A stretch of 63,627 nt of DNA, filler included, from Planctomycetota bacterium (GTDB taxonomy: Bacteria; Planctomycetota; Planctomycetia; JALXBF01): NCBI GenBank assembly GCA_026991575.1. It is 5 parts of 4 records of this genome, joined end to end, with 100 filler letters (N's around TTAATTAATTAA, not from the genome) between each part and the next. Parts side by side here need not be neighbours in the genome. Positions count along the whole stretch, not along the records: positions 1 to 31,191 come from JALXBF010000003.1; positions 31,292 to 34,038 come from JALXBF010000004.1; positions 34,139 to 36,881 come from JALXBF010000005.1; positions 36,982 to 43,382 come from JALXBF010000006.1; 1 more part is not named here. One strand, written 5' to 3'. Position numbers and translations under genes: made by a program. Position 1 is the stretch's first letter. Every line of letters starts with the position of its first letter. Shown in pieces: positions 30,147-38,378 of this stretch. The notes under the pieces were generated by a model, which had not been told where the DNA came from, ran no database searches, and was given only the letters and a program-made list of their open reading frames with translations.

Positions 30147-30446
30147 CGACCGCATCAGTACGAGCCCTAGACGTGGTAGCACGACCTCTAGGGCAGCGGC
30201 AGCTGCTTAGCGAACGGCGTCCAGAGTGCCGGTGGGATCCGTGCCGGTTGAGCCGCTGACGCGGTTTGCGGTGGTCGCGACGCAGGCGGGTGCGGATGGT
30301 CCGCAGTCTATGAGCCGGCGGGCTGAGCTGAGCGGCAGCGTCAGAGACATCATCCCGCACTGCGGCCCGGGTGGCGGACTCGGCCCTCTACAATCCAAGT
30401 CCGCTGTGGTGCATGTGCCGATGGATGACGGGTGGGGAGTACCCCG

Positions 30447-31191
30447 ATGCAGAAGATTCGCAAGCTGATGGCCGCGAACCGGGGCGAGATCGCCATCCGT
30501 GTCTTCCGGGCCGCCCATGAGCTTGGTATCCGCACCGTGGCGATCTACTCGCACGAGGATCGCTACGCCTTACACCGGCTCAAAGCGGATGAGGCGTACC
30601 AGGTTGGTACGCCGGGTGAACCGGTACGGGCGTACCTGGATGTTGAGGGCATTGTCGGCGTCGCTCGGGAACACCTCGTCGACGGCATTCACCCGGGATA
30701 TGGTTTCCTTTCTGAAAACGCCGCATTCGCGCGCGCGTGCCGCGAGGCGGGCATCATCTTCGTCGGGCCGCGGACCGAGCTTCTTGAGCTGCTGGGCGAC
30801 AAGACCAAGGCGCGGAAAGCAGCTGAGGAGGCCGGTGTCCCGGTACTCCCTGGCACCGACCAGCCGGTGACCACCGTCGAACAAGCGGCTCAGGAAGCGG
30901 AGCGGATCGGTTATCCGGTTATCTTGAAAGCGGCACACGGCGGTGGTGGCCGCGGCATGCGCGTCGTGCTACGCGAAGAAGACCTCGCGGCCATGTTCGA
31001 GCAGGCCCAACGCGAAGCACGCACCGCATTTGGTAGCGGCGAGCTGTTCCTCGAGAAGTACCTGCGCCGAGCTCGGCACGTCGAAGTCCAACTCCTCGGT
31101 GATCAGCACGGCAACCTGGTGCACCTCTGGGAGCGTGACTGCAGCATCCAGCGGCGCCATCAGAAGGTGGTCGAGATCGCGCCGGCAATCA
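30447..31191 (+). CDS. pyc: Pyruvate carboxylase, N-terminal biotin carboxylase part (truncated by contig end)
   Basis: [72 protein letters not shown]. Confidence 0.9.
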
Positions 31192-31291
31192 NNNNNNNNN
31201 NNNNNNNNNNNNNNNNNNNNNNNNNNNNNNNNNNNTTAATTAATTAANNNNNNNNNNNNNNNNNNNNNNNNNNNNNNNNNNNNNNNNNNNN
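31192..31291. other. Artificial contig spacer
   Basis: N44-TTAATTAATTAA-N44, 100 nt. Confidence 0.98.
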
Positions 31292-32404
31292 GCCGGTGAT
31301 GGTGAGGCGAATCATGCGGACGGTGTTCTGAGAGGAAGTCTCCTCGAACGCATAGACGATCACGAGGTCGTCGCCATCAACGAAGATCTGAGACCCCCTC
31401 CACGGACGCCCCACACTCACTGGCGACGCGGGAACGATCAACGGCAAGGCGACTTGTCGACCCGACGCGTCGAAGATCGTCAGCTTCCACCAGGGCGCAA
31501 GCATCGCGTAGTGGCCCTTGTACCAGACGGCCGATGACGGTGGCCCCATCGCGATGCGCTCCCGTACCCGGGATGGCCTCCGAAGAACACGCCCACCAGG
31601 GGTCACCAAGGTGACCCGCGCCCCACCGACGGGGATGCTCTTCGACGCGTTGGAGAGCCAACCCACGAAGTAGCTCCTTCCGTCCGTTGCGCCCCGGAAG
31701 AAGGGCCCAATACCCGCCGGGTTGGATAGCTCGTCACTCGGAAGGACATCGAACCCCGTCATCGTAGCATAGGGTGGCCCGTTCATGACCCGCAGCACAA
31801 GCGCCTCACCATTGACGTATCCCGTGGGCGGCCGAGCTGGCCCCCGTGGCACCTGGCGGCTCTCAGTTCCGAGAAACACCAGGTGCTTTCCGACGAACGC
31901 GTGCCACCAGAACCGGAAGAAGAGCTTCTCCTTGCGCCGCACCACCACCGGCTTCCCGATGACCTTCCCATCCACCGAAAAACGCCACATCTCGATGCTC
32001 GGCGGCGACCCGCCGATGCGCTGGGCCCGGAAGACCATCACCCGGTAGACGGCAGCCGTAGGATCCCAGAGGACGTATCCCAAATCCGGATACTCCCCAA
32101 TGCGCACGCCCCCGCGGAGCACCATCTTTCCGCTGCGCGGGAAGGTGAAAAAGTAGTACTGCTCAAGCTTCGCCGCCCCTCGCTTGCCGTAGAAGGCGCC
32201 GTAGCCCCGCGGGCTCTCCGCCAGCCAGCGGTCGAACACCCGCTCCGTCCGCGTTCGCTTGGGGAGCGCCTCCCTCGTCAGCACCTTGCCGGACGTGTCG
32301 TACCGGTAGAACTTGAACTGCCCCAACTGCGAAAGAACCTTGCCCCGCTTGAGAATCGGGACGTTCACGTCGATCCACGAGGTGCGCCGCCAGCACACAC
32401 CCAA
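31292..32404 (-). CDS. Hypothetical beta-rich basic protein, 3' end at contig break, 5' end probably frameshifted
   Basis: Open frame of about 370 codons with GC3-rich codon use. No family recognised. Confidence 0.6.
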
Positions 32405-32431
32405 CGAGCAACCGGAGACCCCGCCACCCCA

Positions 32432-32846
32432 CTACGGCGCCTCGAACACGCACGGCCCCGCCAGCTCCGGCGACGGCGACGAGCATGAGTTGCTCCACAG
32501 CGCGCACTTCGCCGCGCATCGCAAGCTCTGGCAGAGGCTCGTGTTCATCTCCGCGCCGTCGTCGTGGTCCTGGATCAGACCGGTGGACGCGATGCCGTCT
32601 GCGTACGGCACGTGGCGAACCCCCTTGTCGGCCCAGGTGGGCGACGTGGAGCGCTGCATCTCCGTGAGCAGCGCCTCCAGCCTGCCGTTGTGTACGACCA
32701 GACCGACGCTTGCGGGGTCGATGTCGGCAATAGGCCCGGGTGCGCTCAGGTTCCAGTACATTTCCAGGAAGCCCATGCCCTCGTAGCGGGAGTGGTTCCC
32801 AAGCACCACGTTGAAGGTGGTGGCGTCGATCGATCTCATTGAGCGG
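32432..32846 (-). pseudogene. Probable C-terminal remnant of a gene truncated beside the IS
   Basis: 135-aa protein-like frame with a Cys-rich C-terminus that begins abruptly next to the IS end. Confidence 0.45.
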
Positions 32847-32881
32847 ATACTCTCCCTCCATATTTGTCAAGTGTTTTTTGG

Positions 32882-33947
32882 GGTGCTGATCGACAATGAG
32901 GGGTCAGGCAACGAAGAGAACGAAAAAGAAGAGGGCGGTTTCGCCGCCGTCCTTGGCGGCGCAGGCCAGCAGATAGACGTTCCAGCAGGCGAAGCGGGCG
33001 AGCATCAGGACCATGGCGACCCGCTCGTTGCGCGCGCGCAGGGTGCTGCCGAGCTTGCGCTTGGTCTGGCTGAACAGCGCCTCGATGGCCGAGCGCCGCC
33101 GGTAGAGGTGCCCGTAGTGTTCGTGACGCTGCTGCACCGCTTGGCGCAGCGGATGGCGCACCGTGCGTCCGCAACGGCCGGCCTTGAGCCCCACCAGCGG
33201 CTCTCCGCCCGCCTTCTCCGTCAGTTCGAGCACGCCGGTTGCGTCGTAGAGGGCGTCGGCCAGCACGATGCCCAGGGGTGTGGCGCGTCGCTGGACGCGC
33301 TGCAGCAGGGTCTCGGCCAGCTTCAGCTCCGAGGCGTACGCTCGCCCCGCTCGGATGCCCACCACCGGCCCCAGCTTCTGCCCCTCCCACAGCCGCATCA
33401 GCACCACCGCCCGCACATGCGCTCGCACCCGCCGCACCTGCTTGCCGCGCTGGTAACTGAGGCCCAGCACGTCGTCGTAGCCGAACCCGGTCCCGTCCAT
33501 CGCGTGCAGCAGAGGCGGCGGCCGCTGCACGCTCCGCTCGGCCCCCGGCGGCCCCACACGGTCACCCCCCGACGACGGTGGCGAGCTGCAAGCCACGACC
33601 CACTCCCCCAGCGCCTCGACCAGCCGCTCCATCACCTCCGGGTCCATCCGGTGCAGCCGGTGCACCAGCGTCGACGGCACCGGCATCGGCTCCCCAAGCT
33701 CGTCCCGCGCCCGCTGCAGAACCTCGCGGATCGACAGACGCTCCTGCTGCATGTACAGCGCCAGCGTCACGATGAGCGCCTCGCTGTAGCGCGGCTTCCG
33801 CCCGCGCCTGACCGGCCGCTCGTACCCGATGCGTTTCAATCCCTGCTCGACAGCCCTGCGCAGCTGCCGAAGACTCACCACGCGCTGCATGGCCCCATAC
33901 GATCAGAATCCCGCCTCCCCGTCCACCCCCTTTTGTCGAACGGCACC
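32882..33947 (-). mobile_element. Insertion sequence, IS4/IS5 superfamily (1066 bp)
   Basis: Terminal inverted repeats GGTGCTGATCGACAA (32882-32896) and reverse complement GGTGCCGTTCGACAA (33933-33947) match 13/15 and enclose the transposase. No clear target duplication. Confidence 0.8.
32904..33890 (-). CDS. DDE transposase (IS5-like)
   Basis: RGRKPRYS N-terminus, AMDGTGF, LADALYD, exact Y-x2-R-x3-E-x6-K motif (YRRRSAIEALFSQTK). Confidence 0.92.
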   Translation of the reverse strand: MQRVVSLRQLRRAVEQGLKRIGYERPVRRGRKPRYSEALIVTLALYMQQERLSIREVLQRARDELGEPMPVPSTLVHRLHRMDPEVMERLVEALGEWVVACSSPPSSGGDRVGPPGAERSVQRPPPLLHAMDGTGFGYDDVLGLSYQRGKQVRRVRAHVRAVVLMRLWEGQKLGPVVGIRAGRAYASELKLAETLLQRVQRRATPLGIVLADALYDATGVLELTEKAGGEPLVGLKAGRCGRTVRHPLRQAVQQRHEHYGHLYRRRSAIEALFSQTKRKLGSTLRARNERVAMVLMLARFACWNVYLLACAAKDGGETALFFFVLFVA

Positions 33948-34038
33948 AGGTGCGCGCGCCGGCTTGCCTGACCGCGCCGCATGTCGGATGCATCGTACCG
34001 CCATGTGCCCGGCCCCCGCCACGCCCTCACCGGGCGAG

Positions 34039-34138
34039 NNNNNNNNNNNNNNNNNNNNNNNNNNNNNNNNNNNNNNNNNNNNTTAATTAATTAANNNNNN
34101 NNNNNNNNNNNNNNNNNNNNNNNNNNNNNNNNNNNNNN
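34039..34138. other. Artificial contig spacer
   Basis: N44-TTAATTAATTAA-N44. Confidence 0.98.
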
Positions 34139-35295
34139 ATCCGTAGCTGTACTGTTCATCCGCCGGATAGGTCGCCGTGAACCGCAACTCGTCCTTTACC
34201 CACACCACGGGTACCGACGTGCCCTGCCCGTACACCGCTGAGTCCTCCGGCGCCTGCCAGCCGTGGCCCGGCCGGTAGGGAAGCCGCCACTTTACCGTCC
34301 AGTCCGGCGTAGTCGATCCTTCGTTCGAATCACTGGCAAATGCGCGTGCTCCCCGTGTGCCCCCGCGCGCACGATCCGTCGTCGCCCCTGCGTTTCCTTC
34401 AGCTCCGCCGCGGGCAACCAACTGCCCGCTCATCCAGTCCCGAGAGAACTCCCGCAGTGAGTACCCGACCGATGGCCTCAGCGGCTTCCCGCTGACGTCC
34501 GCACCCGGACCACGCATCCCCACTTCGAACCGGACAGGCTGCGGGAGTTCCCCAGTGCTTCCGTCGCGTACCGAGCCGCTATCCGACGCCACAACGCCGG
34601 CGACCGCCTGCAACCCGTTAAACCGAAGCGAGATCGGACGTCCCCATTGCAGCCGGGTACCAGGCGCTAGCCCGCGTGATGCCTGGGCATCCACTAGACC
34701 TGACACAGCGTCGAAAGGAACCTGTTCGCCGGGGATCTGCGGCAGCAATTGACCAAGTGCATCGAGACCAAGGAACCGGCCCCACTCTCGTGCAGCCATT
34801 CCTGCGATCACCGCGTCGACCGCGCGGTAAGAGCACGCCGTCGCGCCGCCATCCTCCGGTACTGGCCCCAGGGGCTTCTTGCCACGGGAACCGGGTGTGA
34901 CCCAACTGTCCGCATCCGCACTTCCTTCCGACGGGCTGCTCGAAGGACAACTCGCCGTGGACTCCGCCTCTGAAGCCTCAGCAAGGTGTGCGCTCGTCGC
35001 AGTGCTCGCAATCAAGCCACCTGCGGGCCTTGTTGACGTGTCGCTGAAGAGGAGTTCGTCAACCGTGCGGATCACGCGTTGGCTCGCAGGCGGATCCCCC
35101 ACAGGCAGCGAATCCAGCGTCAGGGCAGTCAGTGCCGCGTGCAGCGAGAACGGACCTTCGCTGACCGGCACCCTTCGTTCCAGCATCTCCGGGCCCCCTG
35201 GGGCACCTCTGGGGCGACGGGCACGGACTTTGCTACCCCCCCCTGCGCCTCGATCTCAACATACGACCTGCCGCTGCAAACACTGAGCTGACCAT
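34139..35295 (-). CDS. Putative exported protein with planctomycete-type leader, frameshifted at a G8 tract, 3' end beyond contig
   Basis: SD GGAGGTG plus ATG 35295 reads 20 codons to TAG just after G8 (35236-35243). Deleting one G joins it to the long frame ...RARRPR...EMLERRVPVS. Confidence 0.55.
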
Positions 35296-35417
35296 GGGCG
35301 TCACCTCCCGATGTCCCGGTGACGATTCCAACATGTACCCAATTGCGGCAGGGCTCCTCAGGCCTCAGTGTTGTGCGTCGATGTGGTGCTCCCTGACCAA
35401 GAGCCTGTCACTAGAAC

Positions 35418-35446
35418 AAGTTACCAACCCGCACACGCCGTGTCAA
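35418..35446 (-). promoter_or_regulatory. Sigma70-type promoter
   Basis: TTGACA (35446-35441), 17-bp spacer ending in TGG, TAACTT (35423-35418). Confidence 0.7.
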
Positions 35447-35510
35447 CCTTTTTTCGGAATCTTCGGAACTTGCGCTATAACGCGGTGGTCAGCAAGCAGC
35501 GTGCCGGCCG

Positions 35511-36722
35511 ATGCGTGTGATGTTCTTTTCCCCTCATTGCCTGATTGACCCCGGAAGCGGCGCCGCGGTCGCCACCCTCGCCCTCTGGCGTACGCTCAGC
35601 GAAGCCGGCATCCCCTGCCAGGCACTCTGCGCAGGCAAGCTGGACCTGCCCCCGGAAACACCGATCGAAACCGTCCTACAAGGAGCCGCGGGACTTGCCT
35701 TCTCCAGCCATGCGGTCCGGTTCGAGGGACACGAAGCGGTCCGCTACGACGGCGTACCCGAAGGAGCAGACCCGGAGACAGCTCGGATCCAAGTGCTGGC
35801 ACTGGCGGACCGCCGTCCGGGGCACTGGTCTGCCTCGGACCAGCAACTGCTCTTGGCCTGCTTTGCCCGACTGTGGCGGCAGTTTCGGCCCGATTGCCTG
35901 ATCGCCTACGGCGGCGACCCGGTGGCGGTCGCCGTCTACCAACTGGCCCGGGCACAGCAGCGACCCGTCCTGTTTTACCTGCACAACTTCGCCTACCGCA
36001 GACGAGCCTTCTTCGAACACGTCTCCCATCCACTGGTGCCCTCGCGCTGGGCACGGGACTGGTATCGCCGCCACGTGGGCATCCGGCCCGAAGTGCTGCC
36101 CTACGTGCTGAGACCGGAACGTTGCCTCTGCCCGCAGCGCGACCCGCTGTACGTGACCTTCATCAACCCGGTGCCGGAGAAAGGTATCGCGCTGCTGGCC
36201 ACGATTGCCCGTATCCTCGCCCGTGAGCGGCCCGAACTGCGGCTGCTTGTGGTCGAAGCACGCGGCCGGATCGACTACCTGGCGCGTACCGGCGTCGATG
36301 TGCGTGCATTGGAAAACGTGGATTTCCTGCCCAATGTTTCCGACCCGCGTGTGTTTCTGCAGCGCAGTCGGTTGGTGTTGATGCCGTCGTTGTGGGAGGA
36401 AACGTTCGGGTTGGTGGCGGCCGAGGCGATGCTGAACGGGATCCCTGTGGTAGCGAGCAATCGCGGGGCATTGCCGGAGACAGTCGGTCCGGGGGGAGTG
36501 ATCGTACGAGTACCGCACGACGTGGCGCCCGATCGTGTGCAGGCGGTGGAGGAACACGTTGCCCGACCGTGGGTGGAGGTGATCGTCCGGTTGTTGGATG
36601 ACGAAGCTGAATACGGGCGTCGCAGCGAGGCGGCCCGCCGTCAGGCCGCGCGGCACCTGCCGGAAGCGGTCTTGCCCCGCTGGCGCGCGTTCCTTGAGCA
36701 AGTGTGCCGGACACCGTCGTGA
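35511..36722 (+). CDS. Glycosyltransferase family 4
   Basis: DPGSGAA, TFINPVPEKG, MPSLWEETFGLVAAEAMLNGIPVVASNRGALPE (E-x7-E motif). Confidence 0.92.
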   Translation: MRVMFFSPHCLIDPGSGAAVATLALWRTLSEAGIPCQALCAGKLDLPPETPIETVLQGAAGLAFSSHAVRFEGHEAVRYDGVPEGADPETARIQVLALADRRPGHWSASDQQLLLACFARLWRQFRPDCLIAYGGDPVAVAVYQLARAQQRPVLFYLHNFAYRRRAFFEHVSHPLVPSRWARDWYRRHVGIRPEVLPYVLRPERCLCPQRDPLYVTFINPVPEKGIALLATIARILARERPELRLLVVEARGRIDYLARTGVDVRALENVDFLPNVSDPRVFLQRSRLVLMPSLWEETFGLVAAEAMLNGIPVVASNRGALPETVGPGGVIVRVPHDVAPDRVQAVEEHVARPWVEVIVRLLDDEAEYGRRSEAARRQAARHLPEAVLPRWRAFLEQVCRTPS

Positions 36723-36771
36723 GGAGTTGTCCGGTCCTGGTCCGAGCAATCCCGTCCTGGTTCACTCCGGT

Positions 36772-36818
36772 CCCCCGAGCACCAAGCGGACCGCCATCCT
36801 CGGCGTCGGGGGCTTTTT
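36772..36818 (+). terminator. Terminator/attenuator-like hairpin
   Basis: CCCCCGA (36772-36778) pairs with TCGGGGG (36806-36812), followed by CTTTTT. The loop is long. Confidence 0.45.
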
Positions 36819-36881
36819 CATGGAGGGAAAAAAACAATGCTCCTACCGCCCGCGCTACCTATCACCAGAGCTGGAGGGGGG

Positions 36882-36981
36882 NNNNNNNNNNNNNNNNNNN
36901 NNNNNNNNNNNNNNNNNNNNNNNNNTTAATTAATTAANNNNNNNNNNNNNNNNNNNNNNNNNNNNNNNNNNNNNNNNNNNN
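36882..36981. other. Artificial contig spacer
   Basis: N44-TTAATTAATTAA-N44. Confidence 0.98.
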
Positions 36982-38005
36982 ACCCTGCGGAGATGGCCCA
37001 GCCGTGGCCAAGGTGGTAGCCGGCACCGAGCTCCAGGTCGAGCGTGGGCACGAGCCGATCGTCGCTGATGTGATACTCACTCACCGTCGCCGGTCCGCCG
37101 GTGCGGTGTTGCATGTAGTCCATCTCCAGCTGCGCGGCCAATAGCGACAGTGCTGAGCGGCCCCAGACGAAGCAGTTACCGTAGTAGCACGTTGTCTGCA
37201 ATCCGCCGCGCAGGCCGGCACCGCGCACATCCACGGAACTGCTCCCCCAGTCACTCTCCTCAAAGAAGAAATCCGCATTCTGGTCCACGCGTGCCACGCG
37301 TACACCGCCGAACAACGCAAGCTCAAACGCATGCGTTGCGTACAGCGTCCCACGGAGATCTGCGTCGAACACCATCAGCTTTAGCTCATTCCGCGCGGCG
37401 GCAACGCTCGCCTCAGGCGCAGCCGATAGAAACACCAGGTCGCGGAGCTCGTGATCGGCGTCGGCACCGATCGCATTAGACGTCTCCCCCAGGAAGTGCA
37501 TGCCGGTCACGTCCAGCCACAGTCCGCCAATACGGCGGCTGACCCGCCAGCGGTACGCGGGCTCATAGTCGAAATCGAGCAGTCCGGCTGGCCCGTCCGG
37601 CTCGTCTGCACAGTCGCATGCCGGGTACGCGTACGGGAAGTCATTTCCGCGGGCGGTGAGATAGAGCCAATCGATGGCAAGGCCCCACGCCGCAGGGTCG
37701 AACGACTTGCTCCCGCAGTCGGCAGGAGCCGGCGTGCAGTCGTCGGCCGTGGGGAAACCAAACCGATGTGCCCAGTGCAACCATGGCTTCGAACAGCTCA
37801 GCATCTCCGCCTGGCCCAGTAACTCCAGCCCGGTCTGCTTGATCGTGGCGGGCCGCTGCGGCCGTCTCGCCCGTGGGCTGGGAACCGTGAGCGGCGTTCG
37901 TGTGATCAAAGGCAGCTGGCTCTGATCGACCGACTGCGCCGGTAGCGACACCGTAACGGTTAGCAGAATTGCGAGCACGGACAGGCCACAGCGCGCGACA
38001 CGCAT
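36982..38005 (-). CDS. Outer-membrane beta-barrel protein (Lpg1974/BBP7-like), 3' truncated
   Basis: Signal peptide, Cys-containing N-region, DWLYLTAR, FDYEPAYR, FGGVRVA, LDLELGAGY amphipathic strands. Confidence 0.78.
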
Positions 38006-38245
38006 GGAGACCCTCCCTGGCGTGAGCCTAAATCCTTTCGGAATCGTGTACGTTAGGTCTGTTCAGCCGATCGGCCGAACCGAAGCCCGGTTATGTTTTT
38101 CCCGTGCACGTCGCCGTCCGGTTCCACCGTCCCTGACGGTTGTACCGGAACTCGTGACCGGATTCTGGCAGCGAGACCAGCAGACAGCTGGTGCAGGGCA
38201 TGTTGCCGTGGTACGCGGACACGGCGCACCGTTGACGACGTTGCG

Positions 38246-38275
38246 TTGACTTTTGCCGCCCGGCCGCGCTAAAGT
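38246..38275 (+). promoter_or_regulatory. Sigma70-type promoter for ppdK
   Basis: TTGACT-N18-TAAAGT about 100 nt upstream of the ATG. Confidence 0.55.
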
Positions 38276-38378
38276 GTGTGTTCCTTTCGTGATCGGGTAA
38301 TCCAAGAGGCCGAAGCCGACAGCCTCGTGGCAGGCGCCTTTCGGCACAGCAAGCTTCCGTGAAGGAGTCAAGACGACG

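Noticed and set aside
31236..31247. TTAATTAATTAA repeated four times within N runs
   Set aside because: Six-frame stop linker used to concatenate contigs; not biological.
32432..32434. Pyrrolysine or recoded TAG
   Set aside because: No pyl genes in view, and TAG acts as a normal stop elsewhere in the window.
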